A stretch of DNA of 64,000 bases from Octopus sinensis (lineage: Eukaryota). Positions 25,569 through 40,892 of this stretch are shown piece after piece. The translations under genes were made by a program, and so were the position numbers. The notes beneath the pieces were generated by a model. That model saw only the letters and a program-made list of their open reading frames with translations. It was not told the origin of the DNA and made no database searches. The DNA is taken from assembly GCF_006345805.1 (NCBI RefSeq), contig NC_043019.1, forward strand, positions 20,397,360 through 20,461,359, given 5' to 3'. Numbering within the stretch: the stretch's first letter is position 1; each line of letters starts with the position of its first letter.

Positions 25569-26479
25569 GCATAGCTTTGAGGTTAAGAAGTTTACTTCCC
25601 AACTATATGGTCCTTGGTTCAGCCCCACTGTACAACAACTTGGGACATATGTCTCCTACTATAACCCCTGGGCACCAACCGACGCTATGTAAATAGATTA
25701 GGTAGATAGAAACTGGAACGAGCCTGTGTGTGTGTGAGAGGAAGAGAGAGAGAGAGAGACAAAGGGAGAAGGTGCATAGCATAGTGGTTAGGTTGTTGCA
25801 CTCATGACTGCAAGATCATGGTTTCAATTCTCAGACCAGTGGTGCATTGTGTTCCTGAGCATCTTGCTCCAGTCCACTCACCTGTACATGGGTAACCCTG
25901 CTACAGACTGGTATAGATGTGCGTATGTATGTGCATATATATGTAGGTCTGCATCTGCACCACCACCAGAAAGTAACCCAATACGAAAGCATAAACATAT
26001 ATGTACGTAGATGAACATATATATGCATACATGTAGGTGTCTATATAAATGTATAGATGTGTGTATGTATGTATGTATGTATGTATGTATGTGCATATAT
26101 ATGTAGGTCTGCATCCGCACCACCACCAGTACAAGAAGCTTCTCCTCTGTACCAGAAGACTCTCATAGCTCCCCACCACCATCGACAACTTCATCCACAT
26201 TACTGCATACACCAATAGGAGAATCATTACTTAGTAAATTAACAAACCACCTACTCCTTTCTCCCTACTTGTAATGGATTAACCAATAGCTATTTATCTA
26301 CTTAATTTTAAAATTGACCCATTTATGTTTGTAGCAATAACACATATTTACAATGCTTGTATAACACTCATTCCCAACAGAGGCAACAATTCTGACAAAA
26401 CTGAATGATGCTAGATTAAAGTTGGAAAAACTGATGTGACATGTCTGTTATCAAATGTTCATTGAAACCTTCTTTTCAG

Positions 26480-27966
26480 GTGCTGAATACCATCCCGCCT
26501 TCTCATGCTAACTCCCTTGCTCCTTTCCTAGTTCTCAGAGTTGGTACTATCAGTGTAGGTACATTGAAAGGTAGGTCTGGTAAGATTGTTGAGATGCTTG
26601 AAGGAAGGTGTGTTGATGTGTGTTGCATTCAAAAGGTAAGGCAGAGGGGAGCTTCAACCAGGCAAGACAGATATAAACTCTTCTGTGAAGGTAACAAGGA
26701 TGAGGTAGCTGGTGTGGGCATACTTCTTGCAGAGAAGCGAGTTGATAAGGTCATAGAGGTAGTCAGAGCATGCAATAGAGTACTTAAGCACAGGCTAGTT
26801 TTGCAGAATAGTACATTGACAATTATCTCTGCCTATGCTCCACCAAGCAGACCTACCAAATGAACAAAAGGACTGCTTTTATGATATTCTTCTGCAGGCT
26901 ACCTCAAAGACAAATAACAATGATCTCATCTTTGTGGCTGGGAATTTCAATGGACATGTTGGGCAGCAGCCTAGTATCTTCCATGGTGAACATGAGAGCC
27001 ATGGAACTGCTCCCGAAATGAAGAGGGAACAAGGCTACTGGAGTTCTGTGAAGCAAATAACCTATTAATCTGCAACATCAACTTCAGGAAGCCAGCCAGC
27101 CACCGATAACCAACCGATTAAGTGACATGCTAGCCAGATTGATTACATTCACACCAGTCAGCAGAATACATGGTTGTACATAAATACAGAGACCTTCCCT
27201 GATGAAGAATGTACCCCCAGCATAGACTACTGATTGGTGTTTTTAGACTTCAGGCCAAAGGATACCTAGAAGCAGATCAATCTGGAAAAGAAGGATTTGG
27301 AAGTTTAAGAATCCTTTATATGGTCAGATATTTAGGGACATTCTAATTGCAAAATTTGATGAGCGGGAGGAGGAACCACAAACTTGTAACATAGAGGCCA
27401 ACTGGGAATTCCTGTGGGACATCTTGCTATGTATCATAGATACTTAGCTAGTGCAAAGCCTATCCAGACCTAGGGTGACATGGTGGTGGAACAATGCTGT
27501 AGACAAGGCCATTAGAGCAAAGAAACAGGACTGGAAGTGTTGGGGTAGCAGGGAACTGTATCAGATAGCCAGAAGGGAAGCTAGGAAACAGGTATATCTA
27601 GCCAGGGGAGAAGCAGAAGATTGCTTATGTTCTGCAACATGAGGACCAGAGATTTGAAGTGTTTTGGATTGCAAGACAGTGAGTGAGAGAAAATTGTGAT
27701 GTCACAGATGAGAAATGTATCCGTATGGATGATGATGCACTTGTACTTAATGATTCTACAAAGAAAGAGGCTTAGAAATGCCGTTATGAAAGACTACTAA
27801 ACGTGGAGAATGAATAGGAGAAGGAGAGTCTGCCAAATGTTGACCCAACTCAGGGACCTGCTATCAGAATAAACAGTACCATGATAGATAAAGCAATTAA
27901 GGACATGAAGACAGAGAAAGACCCCAGCTCATCACAAATCACTGCAGAGATGTTTAAAATATCAAC
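26480..27966 (+). mobile_element. Decayed RTE-like LINE (AP endonuclease and linker region)
   Basis: VGT..VGTLKG, D.CCIQ, GVGIL, IISAYAP, GNFNGHVG, QIDYI and TWWWN motifs spread over frameshifted ORFs 26441, 26835 and 27451. Confidence 0.85.
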
Positions 27967-27997
27967 ATTCAAAGAGTGCTTTTTATGTGCCAGTGGC

Positions 27998-28398
27998 ACA
28001 TAAAAAGCAGTGGTCCCAAGACAGTGCCCTGTGGAACACCGCTCACTGTTTGTGTGTTCATAGAGGTGGCTCCATTAGCCACAACTGCCTGACTCCTATC
28101 ATTCAGGAAGTCATGTAACCACTCTCCAAGTTTTCCAGCTATGCCAAGGTTACGCAGTTTGTGGCATATCATACCATGATCCACCTTGTCAAAAGCTTTT
28201 GCAAAATCAAGGTATATTACGTCCACATTTGATTTGTTGAGTAACTGTCTCAACACCCAGTCATAATGTTGTAAGAGCTGGGTCAGGCAGTTCCTACCTG
28301 GTCAAAAGCCATGCTGGGCATTACTCAGCTAGTTATTTTCTTCAAGGAATGTGATTAGTTTCCCTCTGACTATCCGTTCCATGACTTTGCTGATGTTT
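27998..28398 (-). mobile_element. CR1/L2-like LINE reverse-transcriptase fragment
   Basis: ORF 27969..28256 contains YLDFAKAFDKVDH and SGVPQGTVLGPLLF. Confidence 0.88.
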
Positions 28399-29442
28399 AT
28401 ATACATAAATATATATATCTATATATGTGTGCATGTGCGTATGTTTGTGTGTCTGTGTTCGTCCCCCCTAAATCACTTGCCGATGCTAGTGTGTTTAAGT
28501 ACAAGCAAAAGAAACCAATAGAATAAGTACTAGGCTTACAAAAATATAAGTCCTGCAGTCAATTTGTTTGTCTAAAGGCCGTGTTCCAGCATGGCCACAG
28601 GCAACTGACTGAAACGAATAAAAGACTATATACATACACAAATATATATACATATATACATAGATACAAATATAAATGTGTATGCAGTCAATTTGTTTGT
28701 CTAAAGGCTGTGCTCCAGCATGGCCGTAGGCAAATGACTGAAACGAATAAAAGACTATATACATACACAAATATATATACATATATACATAGATACAAAT
28801 ATAAATGTGTATGTATATAGTAGAAAGGTATTGAAGAATGGACTTAGCAAATTGCGTTTAGTATGTATTAACCAATAAACATAATTTACTAATTCCATTC
28901 TTTGATACTTTTGTATTTGATTATATACTCTATTGATGCTTTGTAGATTTTTGTATTTCTGGTGCAGTGGTGTCCTAAGAGACCGTCCCATTTTTCAACT
29001 TTCATATATCTGCGGGTGTGTTTTTTTTTATCAGGTAAATGTCTTCGTTTTATATCCCAATATAGCATAATTCACCTACTATATATACAAATATACAGAC
29101 ACACATACACACAATTTTAAAGTCTAGAATGTAAAATATTACAATTGTTTAGACAGCAATTATAAAAAAAAAAAAAAGGCAATTAAAAACAGGTTTCAAA
29201 GGCTCCATAAAGTATCTCAAGTAGCAAAAGATATGAAATAGATAGATGAACATATCTCAAACACAGAGATAAAGTAATATGAGACATAACAAACACAATG
29301 ATATACTGAATAGGGTTTGATCAATGGAAGAAGAAAGAAAAGGACCCACCGAGCAGGAAGATGAGTGCACTAAATAACTGATAAGACAAAGTAAACATTA
29401 TGTCTGATTTCACATTATATATATAAATATATATATACATAC

Positions 29443-29537
<95 letters not shown>

Positions 29538-32444
29538 ATATATATATGGGGAGAGTTTACGAAAAAAACAAGAGAGGAAGACAGGTGGTGTACAAAACCA
29601 ACAATTGTATTAGTATAATGCGCAGGAATAGAAAAAGTCTTTAATGTTTTGAGCCTATGCTCTTCTACAGAAAGGGACACAGAAAAAAACAAGGAGAGGA
29701 AAAAAATGTGTGTAGTGGCGAACGATCTATCATGGCGACTGACTGCCAGACAGAAGGGTCACACACGAGAGGGAAGAAGTAGGGGAGATAACATGAAGGT
29801 GCATGTGTGTATATATATATGCACACACACACACACACACATTATGACAAAAGCTTAGCCATTACTTTTGAGCAAGATTGAAATGCTAGCTTTTACCATG
29901 CATTAGCTAATCAATTTAGGTATCTGTGTATTCATGACCAGACAAAGACACCTTCTATCGTTGGTTCAGCCAGACATCAACAGTATGACACATAAAGCAA
30001 CAGAGGGCGACACAATCACTCCAACATTACAATCTCAGTTATTTAATTTCTGTCTATACATCTTTCATCTTTTACATATTTCAATCAAAGAAGTACGTGT
30101 ACTTCTGTGTCCTCTATCTCAGGGCTGAGGTGAGTTTCCACGATTGCTATGCATAGGGCTTGATTGCATGCAGTAAGATCTCCCAGGAAAGAAATTTTGT
30201 ATATATATACATACATATATATATATATATAATATATATATATACATACATTATATATATATATATATATACATACATTATAATATACATACATACATAT
30301 ATATACAATACATATATAGATATACATACAATATATATACATACATATATATCATACATATATATACAATATATATATACATATATATATATATATACAT
30401 ATATATATACATACATATATATATATATATCATACATACAATATATATATACATACATATATATATATACATACATATATATATATACATACATATATAT
30501 ATATAACATACATATATAATATATACATACATATATATATATACATACATATATATATATACATACATATATATATATACATACATATATATATATACAT
30601 ACATATATATATACATATATATACATATATATATAATATACATACATACATATATATATATACATACATACATATATATATACCATACATATATATATAC
30701 ATACATATATACATACATTATATATATACATACATTATATATATACATACATATAATACATACATATATATATACATATACATACATATACATACATTAT
30801 ATATATACATATACATACATATACATACGTATATATATATATATACAAATATATATACATATATCTCTAGAACACTATGAATGTATACTAATGTATACTA
30901 AACAGTAAACAGTCCTGCTCCTTTCGCTGGATTCCCGCACCATTGCCCCTAAACTAGCTTCCGGTTGCACCTATGTTTTAAAATCCTGTCCCGCGTGCTC
31001 CCTACCATTCCATTCTCTCACCTATTCTTCTCCATTGCCAAGCTGAGTCTCGTTCCGATCCTTTATTCACTCGTTTGCCATTAACACTTTAAATGCATTG
31101 TTTACTAACAGCTAATTTTCTCAGAAGCTAATTAAATTAGGATAATTACTCGTCTCTTGGCCTGTTTAATTTTGTGTTCCTCGTTTCTCTAGTTTAATTT
31201 CTCATCCGCCATGAACAACACTATGAATGTATACTATACTAAACACCCCCTGCTACTTATGTTAGATTCTCGTACCGTTTTCCCAAATTAAACTCGTTTT
31301 TTTTCACGGTCCACCCACCCTTGTCCTTCCCCCCCCACCAATACCGGATATCTCAATCTTTACCCTGATCTTTATCTGTCTTCTCCCCATCTCCCTTTTA
31401 CTCTTTTACTTGTTTCAGTCATTTGACTGCGGCCATGCTGAAGCACCGCCTTTAATCGAGCAACTCGACCCCGGGACTTATTCTTTTGTAAGCCCAGTAC
31501 GTATTCTATCGGTCTCTTTTGCCGAACCACTAAGTAATGGGGGACATAGACACACCAGCATCGGTTGTCAAGCAATGCTAGGGGGAACAAACACAGACAC
31601 ACAAACATACACATGCATATATATATATATATATACATATATACGATAGGCTTCTTTTCAGTTTCCGTCTACCAAATCCACTCACAAGGCTTTGGTCGGC
31701 CCGAGGCTATAGCAGAAGACACTTGCCCAAGGTGCCGTGCAGTGGGACTGAACCTGGAACCATGTGGTTGGTAAACAAGCTACTTACCACACAGCCACTC
31801 CTGCGCCGGATATCTCTCCCTCCTCCCACCACCATTACCTGATGTCTCTTCTCTCCACTGCTCCTCCTCACTGGGTTGTTCTCTATATATTACCTGCACT
31901 CTTCCTCTCTCACTCTCTCTCTCCTGGGACATATGCAACTAACTCAGTTGCCCTTTGTTTCATTTCGTTCTGTCCAGCAATTTCTCACCACCGATACCAG
32001 ATGTCTCTTCTCTGAATCCTTCTTCCTCTCTGGTGCTGTTCCCTAAACTACCTGTACCCCAACTCTCTCCCCGAAAAATGCAACTAACTCAGCTGCCCAC
32101 CTACTTAACCGACTATCCTTCATTTTGGTTCGTCCCATTGAGAAATATTCCAACAACTACCCAGTAATTTTCCATGCACATATCAATTGCAGGAGACAGC
32201 TAATGGGCTGTACGTGTGTGCTTGTTCACCTGTGTCTGTGTGCGTGCTTGTGTGTGTGTATGGATGAACTTGCTTCCTCTCTATCTGTCTGAAATCACCC
32301 TCACCCCACCCTCATACGATGAATATAATGCTTATATTCACAATGCCACTAACACTGAAAACACCTAATCCTACCTCTAGTGGTGGCTACGATCTTAATC
32401 CTAACACAATTGAATGTTTGAATGATGTCAGGACGGAAGCGAGA

Positions 32445-33190
32445 ACAGATGAAGCATGTAACCTATTAACCTGCAACATTAATTTCAGGAAACCAGACAG
32501 CCACCTCATAACTGCTAGCCAGATTGATTTCATCCTCACCAGACAGCGGGACGCAGGGTTGCTCTTAAATACAAAGACACTCCCGGGTGAAGAATGTACC
32601 CACCCAGCATAGTCTAGTCATTAGTGACTTTAGGCTCGAGGCCAGAAGGATACCAAGAAGCAGACCAATCCAGAAAAGAAGGATTTGGAAGCTAAAGAAC
32701 CCTTCACATGGTCAGAGATTTAGGGACATCCTCATCAAGAAATTTGATAAGAGGGAGGAGGAGCTACAGACATCTGACATAGAAGGTAGCTGGAAATTCC
32801 TACGGGACAGCTTGCTGAGTGCCACAGGCCAAGTCTTCAGATGGTGCAAAGTCCCTTTCAGACCTAGAGTTATGTGGTGGTGGAATAGTTTGGTAGACAA
32901 AGCCATTAGAGCAAAGAAACAGGCCTGGAAAGCCTGGAAGGGTAGGAGTAGCAGGGAACTGTACCAGGTAGCCAAAAGGGAGGCTTGGTGGCAGGTATAC
33001 ATAGCCAAAGGCGAAGCAGTAAAGAAGAAGTTTGTCAATGTCCCGCGATGTGAGGACCAAAGAACTGTGGTATTTCGGATTGCAAGATAATTGTGATGTC
33101 ACAGAAGAGAAACGTATCCGCATGGATAATGGTGCACTTGCTTTTAATGATTTCAGAAAAGAAAGAAGCTTGGAGAAGCTATTATGAAAG
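32445..33190 (+). mobile_element. RTE-like LINE fragment, same family as 26480
   Basis: SQIDFILTR, QHSLVISDF and WWWNS motifs; parallels 27050-27790. Confidence 0.8.
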
Positions 33191-33251
33191 TAAATTTCTA
33201 AAAAACTGACTACCCTATATTTTACGTGTATATATATATATAGAGAGAGAG

Positions 33252-33284
<33 letters not shown>

Positions 33285-33286
33285 CA

Positions 33287-34781
33287 GCTATAATGTAAAT
33301 CCTGTCTCTGTGTGTGTATGTAAAAGTTTATAACGGCTGTATTTTTCAACTGATTTTCTCCATACTGGGAACATATATTACTGATGTTCCAGGGATGGTT
33401 TCAGACTCCACATAATGAGTAACGGGGCCTCCTGGGAGTGGAAAACACCTGTTCCTGGGTTATGTGGATAAGGGAGGTAATTCTTTGCGAAGTAACGTTC
33501 AGAAATTGATTGTCTCCCTTACATCCATTGGTCATAAAAAAGTGAAAAATATTGATTTTTATAACAGATTCACATCTTTGAAAGTTTTTCAAAATATTTA
33601 CTTCCAGTTTTCTAGTGTCAGTGATGTCTATATATCTCTATCTATATCTCTCTATCCATCTCTCTCTATCTCACTGTATCTCTCTATCTGGTTCCTTTGT
33701 TCACTGACAAATTTCGCTTCAACCTGCACAATCCTTTATTTTCTATAAAAATTTCTTATTTACTTTCTGCCTGTCATATTAAGAAATATAATTTCCATCA
33801 CCCAGTTATTTTCATTGTTTACTACCTTCTGCACTTGTGTATTTCTGTATACGTATATAACCATGCCTAGAAGGAGAGTGTTAATTTTGTCTACAATGTC
33901 AAGGTCAGCCAAAAGAATGTCACAGTCCAGGGAAAGAGAGACAGCTGCAGAAAAAGAACCATAGCAAGAAACGAACAGACTGTGCACTACGAAAGCCAGA
34001 GCATCTCAAAGTGATGAACAGAAGAATGCACGGCTGACAAGGAATAGGATCTCCACTGCAGAACGAAGAGCAGTTGCAATAGCTCAGACAAGCAACTTCT
34101 ATGAAGTAGCTTTAAATTATGATCCAGCAGTTCATTATGCAGATGACACTAGAGTTTCCATTGGTGCAATTACAACTGAGTGCATACATTGTAAAGCAAT
34201 GAAGTGGCCTAGATTGACACCTGCACCGTGCTGCAGTGGTGGGAAGGTTAAACTCCCTGCAATCCCCCAACCTCCAGAGCAATTGAAGAAACTGCTGTCA
34301 TCGACTGACCAAGATTCCAAGCACTTCCAAAACAAAATTAGACAATACAACGCAGCACTACAGATGACATCATTTTGAGCCACATAAGATTTAACTGATC
34401 CAGGATTCATGCAAACTTTCAAGATCCAAGGTCAAGTTTATCATCAGTTTGGCTCTCTACTACCTCTGTCAAATGAATCACCAAAATCACCCTTTCATTA
34501 TTTATAATCTGTACCTGTTTTTTGGTTACAAAATAGGCTACATAAAATGTGTTATTGAATTACATGTATTTATTTTATAAATAAATATGAGTTGAAAACT
34601 TTCTTTTAACATTTCACTTTATGTCTTTATGTCTACGTTCCATGCTGGCATGGGTTGGAGAGTTATTAATGTAGAAGGTTAATATCTCAGCTTCTAGTAG
34701 TTGAAACCTGAGTTATCTAGATGGCGTTTTGAAATTTCCTTATTCTCTTTAACCCGGGAAACACCGGTATATTTCTGCTAG
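33287..34781 (+). mobile_element. Internally deleted Helitron with a decayed RepHel N-terminal fragment
   Basis: About 34180-34450 translates to CIHCKAMKW...CCSGGKVKLP...F..KIRQYNAALQMTSF...FKIQGQVYH (Helitron Rep motifs, with a stop). The 3' end has a hairpin remnant and CTAG|T at 34781. Confidence 0.85.
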
Positions 34782-35126
34782 TATATACATACATAATCAT
34801 CATCATCATCATTTAATGTCTGTTTTCCGTGCTAGCACGGGTTGGACAGTTCGACCGGGGTCTGGGAAGCCAGGGGGCTGCACCAGGCTCCAGTCTGATC
34901 TAGCAGTGTTTCTACAGCTGGATGCCCTTCCTAATGCCAACGACTCCATGAGTGTAGTGGGTGTTTTTTACGTGCCACCGGCACAGGTATCACAACTACA
35001 ATTTCCGTTTGACATTTATTTTGATGTTGATGTACCTGACTCAATAGGTCTCCTCAAGCACAGCAGGTCATATATGTATATACATACATATATATAAATA
35101 AATAGATAAATATATATATTGTGGAG

Positions 35127-35758
35127 TATATTTGCCACCTAAATGTGGCTGATCTATATGGGACGATGCTACTCTAGTTTATAACCCCAGGAAGACATCT
35201 CCAGCTGGCTAACAAGACACTGCCTGTGCCTGATCAGTATTTGCAAATGAAAATCATTGTTACCATCTCTAGCCTGATGTGATACACATAGACCTGGGTT
35301 TCTGAGTAGTAACCTGTCATCAGCGTGACAATCTCTGGCTAGGGATGAGATGTGATTCTGAACGCAAAATACTATATGCTTTTTCCAGTGACAAATGGTC
35401 GCTGATCTCAAAAAATGAGAAACAAGCAATAATAAATCTCTGAGCAAGATGTAAACAGTAGCAGCATAACATCATGAAGTATATTTGCCAACTAAATATG
35501 GTTGACCCATATGGGACGATGCTACTGTAGTTTATAGCCCCAGGAAGACATCTCCTCCAGCTGGCTAACAACATACTGTCTGTGCCCGATCAGTATTTGT
35601 GAAGGGAAATCATCATTCCCATCTCTAGCCTGACGTGATACACATGGACCAGGCTAGGGATGAGACGTGATACCGAACGGAAAATACTATATGCTTTTTC
35701 CGGTGACAAACAGTCACTCATCTCAAAAAAGGAGAAACAAGCAAGCAATAATAATCTC
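35127..35758. repeat. Diverged tandem duplication, about 350-bp period
   Basis: GTATATTTGCCA.CTAAAT...GAAACAAGCAA..ATAA.ATCTCT occurs twice. Smaller local duplications at 23310-23735, 28555-28812, 39040-39420 and 50275-50525. Confidence 0.8.
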
Positions 35759-35799
35759 TACTACCCATAAACCCAGAGAAAGTTGTCATGGCGATACCC

Positions 35800-36460
35800 G
35801 CCCAGAGCCCAGCACAAAGTCGCAGAAACTTTATGGAGGGGAGTGTGTGAGCCACACACAAGTATACAAGGGGTTCAGACATTTCCAGGATGGCTGCAAA
35901 AACATTGATAATGAGGAATGTTCTGGGAGACCTGCAAGGAAAGTATTGCAGATGTGCATGCAGCTGTGAGAGGAAATCATTGAATCGGTAACCATGGGTT
36001 ACCAGAGGATGTGCAGATTAGTTATGGTTCAGTTCAGTCCATCTTCACTGAAGATTTGGGTTATGAGATGTGTGTCTGCCGAATCTGTGCCAAAACTGCT
36101 TTCAGCTGACCAAAGTGAGATTTGGGTTTCAGTTGCACAAAATCTCCTTGAGTGTGTTGAGAATGATGAAAACCTTTTGAAAACTTTGCATGGACCTCTG
36201 AGCAGGTATCGCCAACCTTTTGGCAAAATTTTATGCAGATTCTCTGCTCAACCTTCTCTGTCATGGTCAATGTGACAAAACACACAGTACACACATTATT
36301 TCCAAGTGCTGCTGTAAGCAGTGGATGTGAGCTAGACCATAAAAACTTGCTGTGCATGCACAAGAGAGTTCAAGGTCAATCTGTGCCAAGTGGTTTCACT
36401 CTGCATGCTTTAGCTTCATTACTATGGCAACAGCCTGGATACTTATTGATCATACCACAT
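35800..36460. mobile_element. Rearranged mariner remnant
   Basis: Plus-strand TQVYK.F..FQDG...D.E.SGRP and ..VPKLLS.DQ, joined to an inverted N-terminal piece (KVEQRICIKFC) on the minus strand. Confidence 0.7.
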
Positions 36461-36507
36461 ATATATGTATGCATACATATATATGTGTGTGTGTGTGTGT
36501 GTGCGTG

Positions 36508-36539
<32 letters not shown>

Positions 36540-37497
36540 ATGATACCAGTGCCGGTGGTACATAAGAGAACCATCCGAACGTGGCCGTTGCCAGCGCCGC
36601 CCCGACTGGCCTCGTGCCGGTGGCACGTAAAAAGCACCATCCGATTGTGGCCGTTTGCCAGCCTCGTCTGGCACGTAAAAAGCACCCACTACACTCACGG
36701 AGTGGTTGGCATTAGGAAGGGCATCCAGCCGTAGAAACATTGCCAGATCTGATTGGGCCTGGTGCAGCCTTCTGGCTTCACAGACCCCAGTTGAACTGTC
36801 CAACCCATGCTAGCATGGAAAGCGGACGCTAAACGATGATGATGATATATGCGTGTATGCATGTTTTTGTATATGTCTTTGTGTCTGTATTTGTCCTCCT
36901 GTCACTGCTTCACAACCAATGTTGGTGTGTTTACTTCCATGTAAGTTAGCGGTTCAGCAAAAGTACTAGGACTTAAAAATAAGTCCAGGGATCAATTTGT
37001 TTGACTAAAACCCTTCAAAGCAGTACTCCAGTATAGCTGCAATCAAATGACTGAAACAACTAAAAGAATAAAACTATATCATCATCGTTTAACGTCCGTT
37101 TTCCATGCTAGCATGGGTTGGACGATTCGACAGGGGTCTGGGAAGCCAGAAGGCTGCAGCAGGCTCAAGTCTGATCTGGCAGTGTTTCTACAGCTGGATG
37201 CCCTTCCTAACGCCAACCACTCTGAGTTTAGTGGGTGCTTTTTACGTGCCACTGGCACGGAAGCCAGTCAAGGCAGCGCTACCATCAGCCATGTTAGGAT
37301 GGTGCTTTTTACGTGTCACCGGCACAGGGATCACAGCTACAATTTCCATTGATTTTTGATGTTGATGTACTTGACTCAATAGGTCTCCTCAAGCACAGGG
37401 TCGAAACGGTGTTTCTTTAGTTGCTACCTGCACAGGAGTCAGTCCAGCGGCACTGGCAATGGCTGCAAGCCAGTCATAGGATTTGGTTCAATATGTA

Positions 37498-37844
37498 TCT
37501 CTATATATTAAAACAGCAAAATGTTTGCGTGTGTGTCCTTTATACAAATCCACAATTTTTCAATTAGAGGGCTCGCACTTTCTATGGGCATTTAAAACCA
37601 TCCAAGGGTGGTCGTGCACATCTTTACATTTCCCCAGTCACCCCGCAAAGCCATTAAAAAAATCAATAGAATTGACTTTTTGGTGAATTTTCTATCCAAA
37701 ACCCAATCAAAATGCCCAAAATTTGATACGCCAATTGAATGCCAGCTAGCTGTATGTGATTGGTCAGAGATTTGGACAGTACTCGCGTGTATGTGTGCAC
37801 GCACGCAGCTGTAAATGCATGCAGTAGCACTATGACCTGGCAAC
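37498..37844 (+). mobile_element. Non-autonomous Helitron, family H1, 3'-truncated
   Basis: Colinear with 3384-3751; stops within the hairpin. Confidence 0.75.
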
Positions 37845-37914
37845 AAAGAGGAGATGGGAGATTTATTTACATCGCAAACTTTTTTATTAAAAAGTTTTCT
37901 TCAGCATATATACC

Positions 37915-38328
37915 TATTTCTTTACTACCCACAAGGGGCTAAACACAGAGGGGACAAACAAGGACAGACATAGGTATTAAGTCGATTACATCGACCCCAG
38001 TGTGTAACTGGTACTTAATTTATCGACCCCGAAAGGATGAAAGGCAAAGTCGACCTCGGCGGAATTTGAACTCACAACGTAACGCAGACGAAATACCTAT
38101 TTCTTTAACACCCACAAGGGGCTAAACATAGAGGACAAACAAGGGCAGACATAGGTATTAAGTCGATTACATCGACCCCAGTTCGTAACTGGTACTTAAT
38201 TTATCGACCCCGGAAGGATGAAAGGCAAAGTCGACCTCGGCGGAATTTGAACTCAGAACGTAGCGGCAGACGAAATACGGCTACGCATTTCGCCCGGCAT
38301 GCTAACGTTTCTGCCAGCTCGCCGCCTT
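37915..38328 (-). mobile_element. SINE family A dimer
   Basis: Same junction at 38097/38096. Confidence 0.85.
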
Positions 38329-40892
38329 ATATACCACTGACCTATGTATGTTTTGACTGCAGTGACTACACGTTGCTCTGTATGCAATTATGCATCCTAG
38401 TCGCAGCTGTTTATGATGTTTTCAGCATGAACTGATTCAAACAAGCAACCTTCGTCAAAGGTTATTGTGTTATTTTTTTAAAATCCAGTGAAACTCTGGT
38501 CTTATAATCACTTCTACTGGTATTGCAGTTGAATAGGAACACGGACCTACCCAACAAGTGAAGCTTACCAGTACCAGTACTTCTTTTAAGCTTTAGTACT
38601 ACATAATTGGACTGTTGTGGATAGCCGGCATCTATACAGTATCTGCCAGGAAAATTTATCCCTTTTATACTAAATTCAATGTGTTTATGTGTGTGTGTAT
38701 ATATATATCACCGTGATCACCGTGACCAACCAGACTATCAGATGTTGCTACACATCGCTGGTCACAATGCGCTTTGCATTGTTTCAGCCTTCAAGTGACG
38801 CCACCCCACTGGCTAAGCGAGCAGGTCAACAGAAGAAAGAGTGAGAGAAAGTTGTGACGAAAGAGTACAGCAAGGATCGCCACCACCCCCTGCAGGAGCC
38901 TCATGGAGCTTTAGGTGTTTTCGCTCAATAAACACTCACAACACTCGGTCTCGGAATCAAAACCACGATCCTACAACCATGAGTCCGCTGCCCTAACCAC
39001 TGGGCCATATATATATATATATAATATATATATATTTTCAAGCCTACATGTCCTATAAATGTATATATGTATCATCATCATCATCGTTTAACATCCGTTT
39101 TCCATGCTAGCATGGGTTGGACGGTTCAATCAGGGTCTGGGAAGCCAGGAGGCTGCACCAGGCTCCAGTCTGATCTGAGACCTCTTATCCTCAACTTTCC
39201 TCTCAAAACACTTACACTCTGTCGTACATGCACACTGACTCACATTGCACATCAAGCACAGCATACTAGCTTCATTGCTTTCAAACCTACATGTCCTATA
39301 AATGTATATATGTATCATCATCATCATCGTTTAACATCCGTTTTCCATGCTAGCATGGGTTGGACGGTTCGATCAGGGTCTGGGAAGCCAGGAGGCTGCA
39401 CCAGGCTCCAGTCTGGTCTGGTGCCTGGTGCAGCCTCCTGGCTTCCCAGACCCTAGATATATGTATATATCTAATTTTTTAGACTAATATGTATTTTGTT
39501 ATTTAGTGTGTTGATATGTTGAGTAAAGCACTAGCACAGCTTGGGCTACCTGGTATCATCCGCCGTTGGGGTATATTTCCATTGGATCTACTTCAGGAAT
39601 TCTGCAGTGTTGGTTGAGATAATAATCAATTAATGAAACAAAGGATATGTATGATGATCATTTCGACCCATCCTTTACGTGTGGGATAATGTACATCAAG
39701 TGTGATCATTACCAGCGTCGCCTTACTGGCACTCGTGCCCATGCTAGTAAGGTGCCAAGAGCACCATCCGAGCGTGATCGTCGCCAGTGCAGCCAGTTGG
39801 CTTCCGTGCTGGTGGCACGTAAAAGGGCACCATTTGAGCGTGATCATTACCAACATCGCCTTACTGGCACCTGTGCTGGTGGCATGTGTAAAAAGATTTG
39901 AGCGAGGTCATTGCCAGTACTACCTGACTGGCCCTCGTGCCGGTGGCACGTAAAAAGCACCCACTACACTCTCGGAGTGGGTGGTGTTAGGAAGGGCATC
40001 CAGCTGTAGAAACTCTGCCAAATCAAGATTGGAGCCTGGTGCAGCCATCTGGTTCGCCAGCCCTCAGTCAAAATTGTCTAACCCATGCTAGCATGGAAAG
40101 CGGACGGCATACGATGATAATGATGATATTGTGTTGTATCAATTTTGCAGTCTGGGTCACATCAGGTACATGCATACATAAAGTGGTGCCCCGCTAAAAA
40201 TATTGAGCTCAGGCAGCTGTGTTGGTCTTTGCCCGCCTCATTAGGGAGTGGGGTTTTGCTATCATTGTCCTTATGTTAAATATTCATAACAAATAATTGT
40301 AAATATAAAAATATAAATTGTAGAAAAGAAAAAAGGATATACAAGAGAAAGTGTGTTGAAAGGAATATAGACAGGGTGAGACCTGCTAAAGAAGGATTAG
40401 ATATAGATAGGGTGAGGCCTGTTAAGGAGGGATTAGACTGCATTAAGTTCGAAGGGAAGAATGGGTACTACAATTGCTAACACAGGGGATGGGGAAGGGA
40501 TGTGTGTGGGCACATACATACACATTCACACACATGCATGCACATATACCCACACGGAGACATAGGCACCCACATACACCCTTACCCATGTAGGTCATAA
40601 GCTCTTACAGTCCTACGATAAAAGATAAATCAATAAATGATAAATCTCGGGAGATACACACAGTAAAAGCCTGTCATCACAGTTATTGTGGGATGAAGAT
40701 GGGGATCTGGGTGGGTGTCATGTGGGAGACTGCATGGTGTGTGCTTTAACAATAGCACACTGGATTGTTGGTTCGTCCATTGGTCACAGATGACTGGACA
40801 CATTCGGATGTATACAATTATATGTATAGACACATGTACACACTCATAATGGCATATTTAACTCTTATCTATATATACATACATACATATAT